A stretch of 64,000 bases of DNA, from the NCBI GenBank assembly GCA_947259735.1, contig CAMYNN010000001.1:114515-178514 (forward strand). The letters are read 5' to 3'. The position numbers and the translations under genes were made by a program. Positions 50,819 through 61,071 of this stretch are shown here, piece by piece. The notes under the pieces were generated by a model, which saw only the letters and a program-made list of their open reading frames with translations, did no database searches and was not told the origin of the DNA. Numbering within the stretch: the stretch's first letter is position 1; every line of letters begins with the position of its first letter. This stretch comes from Thermodesulfovibrionia bacterium (lineage in GTDB: Bacteria; Nitrospirota; Thermodesulfovibrionia; UBA6902).

Positions 50819-51350
50819 CGTTCCCACAATTATTACATTCAGCAGAATACTCATAATTCTTCCCTTTATTCTGGTAGCTCCGGAACATCCTTTCCTTGGT
50901 GCACTGCTCTTTGCGATTGCTTCCCTGACCGATCTGCTCGACGGCTATCTGGCCCGAAAGTCAAAGCAGGTCACAAAGATGGGGATACTCCTTGACCCTA
51001 TTGCTGACAAACTCCTGGTAATATCAGCCCTTATTCTTTTCGTGGACATGGAGCTTATTCCTGCCTGGATTGCCATTGTAATCATCGCCAGGGAGTTTAT
51101 CGTGACCGGATTGAGGATTGTCGCTCTTACAAAAGACATTGTCATCCCCGCTGAAATGGGCGGAAAGATAAAAGTTACAGCGCAGATTTCGGCAATACTT
51201 GTTCTCCTCCTGGACAAGACTTTCCTATTGACAGAGATATTCAAGGACATTGATTTATACCATCTCGGAATAGTCCTTCTCTGGATTGCAATGATCCTGG
51301 GAATTATATCGGGAGTACAGTATTTTATACTCTTTTGGAAACGGATATGA
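50811..51350 (+). CDS. pgsA: CDP-alcohol phosphatidyltransferase (phosphatidylglycerophosphate synthase-like)
   Basis: 179 aa, multi-TM. The motif DLLDGYLARKSKQVTKMGILLDPIADKL fits D(x)2DG(x)2AR...G(x)3D(x)3D. Confidence 0.8.
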   Translation: MVNVPTIITFSRILIILPFILVAPEHPFLGALLFAIASLTDLLDGYLARKSKQVTKMGILLDPIADKLLVISALILFVDMELIPAWIAIVIIAREFIVTGLRIVALTKDIVIPAEMGGKIKVTAQISAILVLLLDKTFLLTEIFKDIDLYHLGIVLLWIAMILGIISGVQYFILFWKRI

Positions 51351-52009
51351 TAGCTGATGCTTTAACGTTCTATCCGGCCTTATATATTATTATTCCTGTG
51401 GCCTTTGTATCAGGCTCTATCCCCTTTGGCATTATCTTTACAAAAAAAATGGGGCTTGACATAACAAGCATGGGAAGTAAAAACATCGGGGCCACGAATG
51501 TACTGAGATCGGCAGGTAAAAAAGCTGCCATCTTTACCCTGCTCGGCGATCTGTTGAAAGGGGCGGTTCCTGTTCTGATCTGTCAGTATGTGATCAAGAA
51601 CATCGACTACTCCGGAGAAAGACCGGAGTTTGCGGGTCTTATGGCGGACCTCTGGCCGGGTGTAGCAGGGATATCTGCCGTACTTGGACATATGTTCTCT
51701 GTATTTCTCTCATTCAGAGGCGGGAAGGGGGTTGCAACGGGATTTGGAGTCATCCTTGCCTACAGTCCTGCTGTTGCCGCAATTGTACTGTTTATCTGGA
51801 TTGCAGTTGCGGTTGCTTTTAAATATTCTGCACTGGCAGCTATTGTATCAGTGTCTGCAATGCCGATTGTGTATATGATTTCCGGTTCATCATACGTAAA
51901 ATCAATTGTTGGTCTTGTACTTGCGGCATGCATAATTTATAAACATAAATCAAATATCAGCAATCTGTTGGCAGGTACTGAAGACCGGATAGGGGATAAG
52001 GCGGTTTAG
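51347..52009 (+). CDS. plsY: Acyl-phosphate:glycerol-3-phosphate acyltransferase PlsY
   Basis: ATG 51347 overlaps the pgsA stop (ATGA). GSIPFGIIF...[12 protein letters not shown]...[10 protein letters not shown]. Confidence 0.9.
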   Translation: MIADALTFYPALYIIIPVAFVSGSIPFGIIFTKKMGLDITSMGSKNIGATNVLRSAGKKAAIFTLLGDLLKGAVPVLICQYVIKNIDYSGERPEFAGLMADLWPGVAGISAVLGHMFSVFLSFRGGKGVATGFGVILAYSPAVAAIVLFIWIAVAVAFKYSALAAIVSVSAMPIVYMISGSSYVKSIVGLVLAACIIYKHKSNISNLLAGTEDRIGDKAV

Positions 52010-52037
52010 CCTGCTGTCGACAGCAAAGATCTTAAGA

Positions 52038-52823
52038 ATGAAACGTGCGGTTGTTCTTTTTAGTGGCGGGCTGGATTCATCGACAACTCTTGCGATTGCA
52101 AAATCACAGGGGTATGAGATTTATGCCTTAAGCTTTGATTATGGACAGCGGCATATCATCGAACTTGAATCAGCGTGCAGGAGTGCAGAAAAATATGGTG
52201 TCAAAAAACACCTGACAGTGAATTTCAACCTGCGTGACATAGGCGGTTCAGCGCTCACCGGGGACATTGAAGTTCCCAAGAGCAGTGCAAAAGTGCAACC
52301 GTGCAACAGTGCAGAAGACAAAAACTCCGTCGACGGTCTTCATGAACCAGATGTAATCCCTGTAACGTATGTCCCGGCGAGAAATACTGTTTTTCTGTCC
52401 TTTGCCCTTGCGTGGGCAGAGACACTTGAGGCTGAGGATATTTTTATTGGAGTCAATGCTGTCGATTACAGCGGATATCCGGACTGCCGGCCGGAGTTCA
52501 TACATGCCTTTGAGAATATGGCTAACCTGGCTACAAAAGTTTCTGTTGAAGGGAAGATCAGATTCAGGGTCCGTGCTCCTCTTTTAAGGCTTACCAAAGC
52601 GGAGATAGTAAAGAAAGGATCAGATCTTGGTGTTGACTTTGCGATGACCTGGAGCTGCTATGATCCGGTGAAAGAGGGCAGGGGAGAGAATGATGAGGAA
52701 GGGTCCCGTGCCGGCGATCGTACCGGGTATAAACCATGCACGAGGTGCGACAGCTGCAGGTTACGGGCGAAGGGGTTTGAAGAGGCTGGAGTGAGGGATC
52801 CTTTACTATGTCTTCGGGATTAA
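52038..52823 (+). CDS. queC: 7-cyano-7-deazaguanine synthase QueC
   Basis: [15 protein letters not shown]-loop, YGQRH, and a C-terminal Zn-Cys cluster (WSCY...[10 protein letters not shown]). It carries two short insertions relative to typical ~230-aa QueC. Confidence 0.9.
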   Translation: MKRAVVLFSGGLDSSTTLAIAKSQGYEIYALSFDYGQRHIIELESACRSAEKYGVKKHLTVNFNLRDIGGSALTGDIEVPKSSAKVQPCNSAEDKNSVDGLHEPDVIPVTYVPARNTVFLSFALAWAETLEAEDIFIGVNAVDYSGYPDCRPEFIHAFENMANLATKVSVEGKIRFRVRAPLLRLTKAEIVKKGSDLGVDFAMTWSCYDPVKEGRGENDEEGSRAGDRTGYKPCTRCDSCRLRAKGFEEAGVRDPLLCLRD

Positions 52824-52848
52824 TATCCTGTGGCTTGCCGCGTTTATC

Positions 52849-52945
52849 ATACTCGCGAAAGCGGGTATCCAGAATTGTATAGTGCTGCGTGGTTTCTGGA
52901 TTCCCGATCAACAGACCTGCCTACCGGCAGGCAGGCCTCGGGAAT
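52849..52945. repeat. Cluster of three REP/MITE-like hairpins downstream of queC
   Basis: (1) ATACTCGC-GAAA-GCGGGTAT (52849-52868). (2) ATCCAGAA...TTCTGGAT (52867-52901). (3) ATTCCCGA...[CCTGCC-TACC-GGCAGG]...TCGGGAAT (52900-52945). The sequence words (..CGCGAAAGCGGG.ATCCAGAA.., GGGAATGAC) resemble a palindromic element that I recall being widespread in environmental bacteria. Confidence 0.55.
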
Positions 52946-53077
52946 GACTGCAGTTGATACCTCAGTTTAGACGCAATACGAACCAGCCTGAGCGTGCATA
53001 TATTATCATTAAGATATCGAGTTAATTATTTGATTGAACAATATCTGTATTTTTCGGAGGATGATGCCGGCGGCACG

Positions 53078-53773
53078 CTAGAGCAGTGAGCCCTGCGCAG
53101 AATCTTTCCCACCAATTTTACTTTTACTTTTTCTGCTTCCTGTTCCTGCGCCGTCAACGAAAAGGGAAACTGTATGGGTTAAGGTTTTCTCCAGAGGGAA
53201 TAATTTAGGATCTGAAAGCCAGCTGATGCAGGCTGTCAGAAACTCGACTTCCAGATATTTCACCAGAAGCTCGACAGGGATGTCTTTTCTGATGTCACCT
53301 GACTGATGGCCTAACTTTATTATCATAGTAAATACATCTTCAAATCCACTCTGTAGTTTTTCGCTCAGGGAAGGATTATTCAAATTCCTTAACCAGTAGC
53401 TTAAATAAATTTTATAAATGTCCTGCTTTGAACGGAACAGTTCGTTCGCTGCTTTCGTAAATGTTTTCTGTATCCGGGATTTCGTGTCAGGCAGCAACTG
53501 AATGAGTTCGAGGATCTGGAGTTTTAAATCCTTTACGTTCTTCTGCCAGTAGTCGCTGATGATGGACTCCTTCACAGGGAAATAGTTATAGAGGGTGGCC
53601 TTGGAAATATCAACTTCATCGGCAATCTGTTCCATGGTTGTGGCATCGAACCCCTGTTTACCAAAGAGGTACATTGCAATTTTTGTAATTTTCTGGCGTG
53701 TCTCAAACTTTTTTCGCTCACGCCTGTTTGTATGAGAAAGAGGTGTCATGCTAAATAAGTAAACCGTGATCAA
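53078..53773 (-). CDS. TetR/AcrR-family transcriptional regulator
   Basis: 231 aa. N-terminal HTH RKKFETRQKITKIAMYLFGKQGFDATTMEQIADEVDISKATLYNYF. Confidence 0.85.
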   Translation of the reverse strand: MITVYLFSMTPLSHTNRRERKKFETRQKITKIAMYLFGKQGFDATTMEQIADEVDISKATLYNYFPVKESIISDYWQKNVKDLKLQILELIQLLPDTKSRIQKTFTKAANELFRSKQDIYKIYLSYWLRNLNNPSLSEKLQSGFEDVFTMIIKLGHQSGDIRKDIPVELLVKYLEVEFLTACISWLSDPKLFPLEKTLTHTVSLFVDGAGTGSRKSKSKIGGKDSAQGSLL

Positions 53774-54156
53774 AAGTTAACTGAGTCTAATAATATGTTA
53801 GGTATAATATTATACTAAATATAGTAAGGTGTCAAGGACAAGTAGGAGGTAAAGATGATAACTTACTGTATTAATGATTTAAATTAGATATATGTTTATG
53901 CAGGCTATAATGTGAGATTGAGTTTTGGTCTGGCGGTACACCAATAATGTGCTCTTCTGTTGATATTTATTATCAGTCCAAAATTCACCATGGTTGTACA
54001 ACGATACATGAGAAGATTAGGGAATTGTTCATCTCCGGGCATTCAAAAAAGGATCCATGAATGAGCCGCTCGTGTATTGATACCAGGTTAGACCCTGTAC
54101 GATGATATGTCTGGGGCAGAAGAAGGTGAGGTGCCGGGAATATCCCGAAGTTCGTT

Positions 54157-55890
54157 CTATGGACTGCTTATCATTGTATAAACCTGATGATATTTTATAA
54201 CATTCTCTTCCCAGTTAAACTGTCCTGCTTTTTTAAAACCATTGATGATCATCTGATAATATGCTTCCCGGTGATGCTGATATAAATGTATTGCCTTCCT
54301 GATAACTTCAGAAAGATTATCGGCCATACTCTGTGCCCAGGGGTTTGTTTTTCTCATTTGAATAATGTGGGATGTATCCATAAAATCCATCATGTTTTCC
54401 CTGGTGTAAAAAACAGCATCCTCTTTAAATAAAAATCCGCATTCAGCATCTATCTGATCTACCAGCCCTCCTGTTGCCCTCCCGATATTTACCGTACCGT
54501 TCGCCATGTACTCCACGGCGGCACCAAATGGCTCATATATGGATGGCATAATCCCGAATGTGGCACCTGTCTGCAGTTCATAATAGCCCTTCTTCATTCT
54601 GATTGGAAATACCGTAATATTTCCCTTGCACTTGCAGGCTATCTCGTAAAAATAATCCAGATCATCAGGATTGACAGGCATGGGTGTGAGTATTACTTTA
54701 ATTTCATCTTCTGCAAAATTTTCTATTGCCCGCAGGAATACGGAGTAGCCCTTCTGAATGGGATCGAGTCTTCCGCTCATTACCAGAATCGGAATATCAT
54801 CAGGCAGGTGTGATATGGCCCTTCCACCATAAGTCAGGTCGCCAAAACGTCCCGGAGGTTTGTAAGAAGTGAGGATTCTCAAAAGAGCCTTTCTTTTTCT
54901 GGATTTGATCTTTTCTATGTCCTGCAGGGTATGGTTTTTCCCTTTTGGGTATTCTCTTGAAATGTCGACAAACATCCCATTATTAATTCCGAATACTCCA
55001 CTCGCTTTTAAAATATGTTGAAGGTGAGGTGCGAAGTGCTTTGTCTGTATTCTGTCTGATGTCAATTCTTCGGCAAAGTGTTCGCTGACCGTAGTAACGG
55101 GAGCGTCAATCAGCTGCAGACCGATTTGATAGGCAGACAATACCTTATCGGAGAGCCCGGAGATTTTCTTTTTCCTGGATGTGTCTATCAGGCTGGACAA
55201 ATTCCCTCTCGAGATACTCGAATCATAAGAGTTATGCATTGTCTGTACAGTTCCGCAGGATTCCAGTGTACCATTCAGCATAGCTTCCTTGGCAGTGAAT
55301 GCTATCAGGGAAGTCTGCCATTCATGGAGGTGGAGAATAATATTCTTTTTTATATTCAGTTCCTGCAGAGCAAAAGGGACGGCCTTGCAGAAAAAAAGGG
55401 AGTTTACGCTTTGCATGGCCGCGTTCAGCTCATAATTATCAGAATCAAAAGTATAGGGATCATGAAGGTTATTCCGGGCATTAAAATAACCATCTGCCTT
55501 CACATAGTATTCTGTTAAAGAACCTTTAACGGGATCATCATAATCCCATTGATATTCAAATATTTCGACCTTTGTTGATTTATTGTTATACAGTACATTG
55601 AATGATTTGGACGTGGAACGCACATGTCTCTCGTTCATTGCCCCCGAGTGAAAGGGAGTCATCAAAATAACCCGGGGAATGTGATTGATCTCTTTCAGAT
55701 AGGGGAGTATATTTGTCGTTACCGCTGACAGTCCCCCGCTCCGGGCAAACCGGTTCTCATAAGAACAAAAGACTACAGTATGAATTTTCAGGTTATTCAG
55801 TTTTTTTGTAATAGCTGAAATCTCGTCCCCACTAAAAAAAACACTCATGAACCTCCAGTCTCTTTTCCAGCTGTCCAGATTATTACCCAT
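54157..55890 (-). CDS. Glycogen/starch-synthase-like glycosyltransferase (GT5/GT4-type GT-B)
   Basis: 577 aa. N-terminal VFCSYENRFARSGGLSAVTTNILPYL resembles the KTGGL motif of GlgA-type enzymes. C-terminal GT1-like region IMPSIYEPFGAAVEYMANGTVNIGRATGGLVDQI. Substrate unknown. Confidence 0.65.
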   Translation of the reverse strand: MGNNLDSWKRDWRFMSVFFSGDEISAITKKLNNLKIHTVVFCSYENRFARSGGLSAVTTNILPYLKEINHIPRVILMTPFHSGAMNERHVRSTSKSFNVLYNNKSTKVEIFEYQWDYDDPVKGSLTEYYVKADGYFNARNNLHDPYTFDSDNYELNAAMQSVNSLFFCKAVPFALQELNIKKNIILHLHEWQTSLIAFTAKEAMLNGTLESCGTVQTMHNSYDSSISRGNLSSLIDTSRKKKISGLSDKVLSAYQIGLQLIDAPVTTVSEHFAEELTSDRIQTKHFAPHLQHILKASGVFGINNGMFVDISREYPKGKNHTLQDIEKIKSRKRKALLRILTSYKPPGRFGDLTYGGRAISHLPDDIPILVMSGRLDPIQKGYSVFLRAIENFAEDEIKVILTPMPVNPDDLDYFYEIACKCKGNITVFPIRMKKGYYELQTGATFGIMPSIYEPFGAAVEYMANGTVNIGRATGGLVDQIDAECGFLFKEDAVFYTRENMMDFMDTSHIIQMRKTNPWAQSMADNLSEVIRKAIHLYQHHREAYYQMIINGFKKAGQFNWEENVIKYHQVYTMISSP

Positions 55891-56228
55891 TCTGATTCCG
55901 TTCCTGACGCCCTGACATTATTTTAAGTATTCAGCGTAACCTGGTATTCTTATGTGTCCGTTTGCTGAGTCAACATAATAGTAGCATGATTAAAACGTTT
56001 TTACATATGGCGTTAACGTGCATGGCAGCGAATTCTTATTATTTGACAGGCAGTAACGCCGTGGATCACGATAGGTCGCCGGCAAGAATGTGAATCCTTG
56101 CTTTTCTGAAGGACATGGAGCGTTACTCTGATTTATGTATAAATGAACGCTCACAATAAATTGTGAAATTATTTTTGCTGTTCAACATCAGTAAGTGAAT
56201 GGAAAAGTCCTGGCGGGAATAATCTCTA

Positions 56229-57206
56229 TTAAGCCTGAATAGAGGGATGCTTGAGATTGTCCTGTACTCTGAGGCACTCATAGAGGAAGATGTCGAGCAA
56301 ATCGGGATCAAAAATAATTCCTTTCATCTTCTGCATTATTCCGAGTGCCTTCGCGGTATCAAATCCTTCCCGATAGGGACGGTCGGTTGTTAATGCATCA
56401 TAGACATCAGCGATTGTAACTATTCTTGCCTCATGGGGAATATCTGTCCCCTCTAAACCTGAAGGGTAGCCGCTGCCGTCAAACCGTTCGTGGTGACGCA
56501 GGATGATGTTGACTATCTCTGAAGGAAGTTCAGCCTGTAGCGCCACATCAGCGCCCCATCGCGGATGATGTTTAATAGTTTCATATTCATTTTCAGAGAG
56601 CTGACCCCTTTTGTTGAGAATTTTTTCGGGGACACCAATTTTCCCGCAGTCATGAAGCCAGCTTCCGTACCTTAGCTGTTTCAATGTTTCTTCATCAAGG
56701 TTGAGGGTGGTACCGATCATCAGGGCATATCCGGCTACACTTTCACAATGGCCCTGTGTGTAGTGGTCTTTTAATTCGATTGTCTGTGCGAGAGAAAGCA
56801 GGTTTGATTCATTTTTTTCCCTCATGCCCTGAACGATCATGTAGCGATTCATTCCTTCCTGTACAATCTGCATGAGGATTTCTCCGTCCCAGGGCTTTAT
56901 GACAAAGCGGAATACTTCGTCCCGGTTGATGGCGTCAACGGCAGTCACAAGGTCATCGTGACCGGTCATTAATATTTTGATAGTATCAGGAGATATTTCC
57001 CTGACTCTGGAAAGGAGCTCAAGGCCGCTCATTCCCGGCATTTGATTGTCTGACACGATTACAGATATCTCTTCATTCCGGAAATGACTGAGTGCTTCCT
57101 CAGCATTGGCTGCATTTAATATTTTTATGTGATTGTCTATGAAAATTCTGTTTGCTGAATTCAGTACCTTTTCTTCATCATCAACAAATAAAACTGCAGC
57201 GGGCAT
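56229..57206 (-). CDS. Response regulator with HD-GYP domain (RpfG-like c-di-GMP phosphodiesterase)
   Basis: The receiver (VLFVDDEEKVL...IVSDNQMPGMSGLELL) is fused to HD-GYP (HCESVAGYA...LHDCGKIGVP...HHERFDGSGYP). Confidence 0.85.
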   Translation of the reverse strand: MPAAVLFVDDEEKVLNSANRIFIDNHIKILNAANAEEALSHFRNEEISVIVSDNQMPGMSGLELLSRVREISPDTIKILMTGHDDLVTAVDAINRDEVFRFVIKPWDGEILMQIVQEGMNRYMIVQGMREKNESNLLSLAQTIELKDHYTQGHCESVAGYALMIGTTLNLDEETLKQLRYGSWLHDCGKIGVPEKILNKRGQLSENEYETIKHHPRWGADVALQAELPSEIVNIILRHHERFDGSGYPSGLEGTDIPHEARIVTIADVYDALTTDRPYREGFDTAKALGIMQKMKGIIFDPDLLDIFLYECLRVQDNLKHPSIQA

Positions 57207-57399
57207 TATTTCTCCTTTATATACTGTTTACTTTTTCGGCAACTTGCTGAAATTTCTTGAATAAACAGGCATAAACTGCTCTTTAGAGTTGAAGGAACAG
57301 CTCTGGATTGAATTGTCTCAGGATGCTCCATACCCTGTGGACAGCCCGAAAGGAATGAGATATACTTATGCTGGCTCATCGAAATATATGGAGGATTGG

Positions 57400-58173
57400 A
57401 TGTCGATTTTCTTTTTGAAATCTCTGCTTTCAGTTGTTCTGCTTTTATCAGCGGTGATAGCTATGTACACAATGTTTGAGGTTTTCGGAAGGAAGGACAT
57501 CAAAATAAATTCGGACAAGTTGAAGAGATTACACAGACTCAATGGTATATTCTACCTCCTTGTCTTTGCGTTCATTGCGTATTTCTGTATCAATTTTATT
57601 GTTGTAACGAGAGCTGAACTATCAACAAGAAGTACTTTCCACAGTCTTTTTGCGGTGCTTGTCATCGTTCTCATGGGGATAAAAATATCCTATATCAGGG
57701 TTTACAGGCACTTTTATAATCAGGCAAAGATGTTTGGCCTGATTATGGCAATTCTCACTTTTGGGATCGTTGCGACATCAGGAGGGTATTATCTGCTTGT
57801 ATCCGACTTTGGGACAGACCCTTCTTTTGATAAACTGATGCACTATAAGAAAGAGGGTACCGTCAGGAAGGAGCAAACTATTGATGAATCCGTGAGGTTC
57901 TCTCTCAAAACTGATTCAGAAAGTGTCGGAAGAGGGAAAACCCTGTTCGGCTCCAAGTGCAGTTTTTGTCATAATGCTTACAGCACAGATAATATTGTGG
58001 GCCCGGGATTGAAGGGGATTTTGAAAAATGACAAACTCCCTGTCAGTAAACGGCCTGCGAGTCCTGTAAACATTCTGCTCCAGTTTACTGAACCTTTCAA
58101 CAGAATGCCGTCATTTGATCATCTCTCTGAAGAAGAAATGTCTGATATTTTGGCCTTTTTAAACACGCTGTGA
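57400..58173 (+). CDS. Membrane protein with a C-terminal mono-haem c-type cytochrome domain
   Basis: The ORF is open from TTG 57289; ATG 57400 follows GGAGGA. About five hydrophobic segments, then CSFCHN (CxxCH) and a distal Met (FNRMPSF). The start is uncertain. Confidence 0.55.
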   Translation: MSIFFLKSLLSVVLLLSAVIAMYTMFEVFGRKDIKINSDKLKRLHRLNGIFYLLVFAFIAYFCINFIVVTRAELSTRSTFHSLFAVLVIVLMGIKISYIRVYRHFYNQAKMFGLIMAILTFGIVATSGGYYLLVSDFGTDPSFDKLMHYKKEGTVRKEQTIDESVRFSLKTDSESVGRGKTLFGSKCSFCHNAYSTDNIVGPGLKGILKNDKLPVSKRPASPVNILLQFTEPFNRMPSFDHLSEEEMSDILAFLNTL

Positions 58174-58268
58174 TAATAAATATTTAACGCGCCTTGAGTA
58201 TTCATTATAGTTTATAAAGAATGTTCTTTTCCCGGTAGAATATGATATCCTAACCAATAGGTCGATAC

Positions 58269-58715
58269 ATGCCGCACTTTAGAAATATTGATTACGATAA
58301 TGTCAGTCCAGCGGAAGCGCTGCTCCTGCGAACACGATTTCACATTCGCGGCGGTAAGAGAAGACTGCGGAACGGACGGATATCTTTGGGGATTGTAACT
58401 CTTTATGATGCTCTGGTCTCCGCAATGCAGTGGTATGTTTCATTGCCCGATAACAAAATAAAACTACACATAAATGAAAATGATAATCTAAATGATGACA
58501 GCAAGGTGTACGAGCTTCTCAACCGTGCGGGGGTGATTGATAAGAGATTCAACTTCAATGGGTTAAATGATCTGGTGGACCTTGCTTTAAAGAAAGATAT
58601 GTCTTCCTTTGATTATGCAGATTTTGTTTTGGAAGTGGAGTATGCAATGATAAGCCTTGGAGTAATGCCTTTTGATGAGAATGAACTCCCGCCTGATGAT
58701 AATGATGCAATCTGA
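58269..58715 (+). CDS. Hypothetical protein (148 aa)
   Basis: Clean ORF with an ATG start. Helical, acidic C-terminus. No family recognised. Confidence 0.4.
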   Translation: MPHFRNIDYDNVSPAEALLLRTRFHIRGGKRRLRNGRISLGIVTLYDALVSAMQWYVSLPDNKIKLHINENDNLNDDSKVYELLNRAGVIDKRFNFNGLNDLVDLALKKDMSSFDYADFVLEVEYAMISLGVMPFDENELPPDDNDAI

Positions 58716-58793
58716 TTATCCCTGTCTATGGTATGACCCGCCCGGGGCATGAAGGCTGTATGGAAATGATACCTGTTTAAGTATTTCACTGTG

Positions 58794-59072
58794 ATGGAGC
58801 AGAATGATACAGATAGTATTCTCGGCATAACCCGATGTGCCAGATGCGGTCATCGCCTTGATGGAGAAATTGAGTGCCCTTTCTGCTCCGTGTTCCCTCT
58901 TGCACAGCAGAAAGCCCGCGTCCCCAAATGGGTTTACATTACAGCCTGTTTTCTTTTGTCCCCGCTCAGTCTCGTTGCGCTGGTGAAAACTGATCGGTTG
59001 AGCTCTACAGAAAAAATTCTATCTTTCTCGGGATGCTTCCTCTGGTTAAGTATGTATCAGGGGTGGCTTTAG
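58794..59072 (+). CDS. Hypothetical zinc-ribbon membrane protein
   Basis: CARCGHRLDGEIECPFCS (two CxxC pairs) followed by two hydrophobic segments. No family recognised. Confidence 0.4.
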   Translation: MEQNDTDSILGITRCARCGHRLDGEIECPFCSVFPLAQQKARVPKWVYITACFLLSPLSLVALVKTDRLSSTEKILSFSGCFLWLSMYQGWL

Positions 59073-59298
59073 ATTTTATTTGCCCCGAAAACCGGGGCAG
59101 CCTTCAAATCCCTTACAGCTCTTTTGTTTTCTCAGTTTGCAGTCCCTGTTAAAACATATCACAGAAGAATCTTCTTCTAACACTTTTTTTTCTGACACCT
59201 TTGTTTTGATAACCTTCTGTTTTTTCACAATAATAGATAGTAAAAATAAGAGTTCTCATTAACCTCAACATTACATTTTATTTATTTATCATGCCCGG

Positions 59299-59320
59299 CA
59301 ATATGATATATATCATATTG
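59299..59320. repeat. Perfect 22-bp palindrome CAATATGATATATATCATATTG
   Basis: Self-complementary over all 22 nt. It lies ~120 nt upstream of the TPR gene (59443), and a second short palindrome TCATATGA occurs 20 nt downstream. Confidence 0.6.
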
Positions 59321-59442
59321 AGAGGGAAAAATTAGTCATATGATGATACATGAAATACGACGGCGATAAGGTGCAGCACTTTGTGACTGTGTGATCATGA
59401 TGCACTCAGAAATACTTTCTTCGAAAGATAAGTGTTTTTTCA

Positions 59443-60045
59443 ATGACTGATTTTAAACAGGCAAACAGAAGGGGCAGTGTGATGGCAAGGGAATTGTTTG
59501 AAGCTGCCCGGAAGCTTTTTGTTGAAGGTAGACACCAGGAAAGTATTGATGTTTTTTCAGAATTTCTCACGATGAGAGGGAATACATCAGTTGTACTTCT
59601 CAGCCGTGGAGTGGCGTATCTTAAGACGGGACAGATTGATAAAGCTATAGAGGATTTTGGATCAGTGATCGGCATGGACAGTCAGCACGCACGGGCATAT
59701 TTTTATCGTGGAACTGCACGAATGTCCAGGGATGAGTTTGAAAAAGCGATCATTGATTTTGATAAAACCATAGAGATTAAGCCCGATTACGGAGCCGCCT
59801 ACTTTGCCCGGGGTTCAGCATATGCCCAGACCGGCAATGCTTATGAGGCGGCAAGGAACATTAAGACTGCTATCACCTTTTCGGAAGGAAACTCACAGGG
59901 ATTCAGTGATACCTTCGGAATGGTCAGAACCCAGTTCAATAAAGCCATGGCTTTAATGGAAGGGAAAGAAGAATCCCGGGGTATGTTACTTACGGAAGAG
60001 GAGATCAGACTGGTTAAGAAATGGCTGGAAGAGCGGGATAACTAG
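59443..60045 (+). CDS. TPR-repeat protein
   Basis: 200 aa. At least three TPR units (…RGVAYLKTGQIDKAIEDFGSVIGMDSQHARAYFYRGTARMSRDEFEKAIIDFDKTIEIKPDYGAAYFARGSAYAQTGNAYEA…). Confidence 0.7.
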   Translation: MTDFKQANRRGSVMARELFEAARKLFVEGRHQESIDVFSEFLTMRGNTSVVLLSRGVAYLKTGQIDKAIEDFGSVIGMDSQHARAYFYRGTARMSRDEFEKAIIDFDKTIEIKPDYGAAYFARGSAYAQTGNAYEAARNIKTAITFSEGNSQGFSDTFGMVRTQFNKAMALMEGKEESRGMLLTEEEIRLVKKWLEERDN

Positions 60046-60128
60046 CCCTGTTTCACCTCACTATTCATTCCTCTGATTCTCTTCTCACAATCAATTGCTG
60101 AACAAACTGTTCAGCAGGAAGAAACTCC

Positions 60129-60338
60129 TCAACCGCCACCACCTCCGAAGTTAGGCGCAGGCATTGATGAGGAAGAGCCGACATCTGAACCAGCCCCGCA
60201 TGAGAAAGAAGAGATTATTTTTTTTACTTCTCTTGACGAACACTCGGGGCACTCAGTATTTTTTTCAGCAGGGAAAAGGCTCTGCAGAAGCGAAAATTTT
60301 TTATCGCACTTAAGACATAAATATTCATAAATAGGCAT
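60129..60338 (-). CDS. FmdB-family zinc-ribbon protein
   Basis: MPIYEYLCLKCDKKF...ECPECSSREVKK is the canonical FmdB/CxxC_CxxC_SSSS signature. The start is taken at the second Met of the track ORF. Confidence 0.75.
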   Translation of the reverse strand: MPIYEYLCLKCDKKFSLLQSLFPAEKNTECPECSSREVKKIISSFSCGAGSDVGSSSSMPAPNFGGGGG

Positions 60339-60621
60339 TTTACCCTCCATATATTAAGTAACGTGTGAGCATATTGTAGCTCCTTATTTGATGGTCTGTC
60401 AATAAAAAGCCATAAGCATTGTTCCCGCAGAAATGGCAGATGTTGAATGTACGGGGCGAATAAACAGGCTGGATGAGCGGTAAGATGATGAAATCGTTAT
60501 AATGTGTTGACTCAGTGAGTTGTACAATAGGCAGCTAAATCTTTTATTTTTTTAATTCTATCTGATATACTTCGGCACATAAATAAGAATAAGTGCATAA
60601 ACTCAGAGGGGAAAAGCCAGG

Positions 60622-60948
60622 ATGGAACGAAGGAAAGCAAGAAGGCTGACAGTAAACTTAAAGGCTGAACGAATTTCATGTATCAAAGATTGCGCGGTTT
60701 TTATCGAAAACCTTTCAGAAACAGGGATCCAGATGATTACTGCCCCGGCAAAAAATTCAAAGCTGTTCGTTGCCGGATCGGATCTTGAGTTGAAGCTCAA
60801 GACGTCGGAGGGGAAAACAATAAAATTGCAGTGCAATGTTAAATGGTCCTACGATAATTCTACCGAAGATTTGACAAACAGTGTCGGACTGGAAATATTG
60901 GATCCTCCCCGGGAATACAGGGAGTTTATCAAAGACCTCCCCAAATAG
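60622..60948 (+). CDS. Single-domain PilZ protein
   Basis: 108 aa. RRKARR (RxxxR) at the N-terminus and NLSETG (D/NxSxxG) ~25 aa later. Confidence 0.7.
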   Translation: MERRKARRLTVNLKAERISCIKDCAVFIENLSETGIQMITAPAKNSKLFVAGSDLELKLKTSEGKTIKLQCNVKWSYDNSTEDLTNSVGLEILDPPREYREFIKDLPK

Positions 60949-61071
60949 CATCAATGGGGATCTGTCCCGGGTTGACAGAGATCGTAGAACAGGATAGACT
61001 CTACCTATATCGACAAAGCAGTAAGGACCGCTTTAAGCAAGCCTCTTAATTATTTAAGGAATCAATAAAAA

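Noticed and set aside
52290-52740. Two short insertions in QueC relative to typical ~230-aa enzymes (…[24 protein letters not shown]… and …[22 protein letters not shown]… within the Zn-Cys loop).
   Set aside because: These are probably lineage-specific surface loops. All catalytic motifs are intact, so there is nothing to suggest a new function.
52591-52911. 106-aa minus-strand ORF overlapping the queC 3' end.
   Set aside because: Its N-terminal part is the translation of the REP-like hairpins (…ILDTRFREYDK…) and the remainder is antisense to queC.
58269-58715. Considered a HEPN-like toxin because of the Arg/His-rich N-terminus (LLLRTRFHIRGGKRR).
   Set aside because: The R-to-H spacing does not fit the Rx4-6H motif and no partner nucleotidyltransferase or antitoxin gene is adjacent. 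It is left as hypothetical.
59080-59262. 60-aa + ORF after the zinc-ribbon gene, and the hairpin TGCCCCG-AAAAC-CGGGGCA (59082-59100).
   Set aside because: The ORF has no RBS, is low-complexity and begins inside the hairpin. The hairpin lacks a downstream U-tract, so I did not call it a terminator with confidence.
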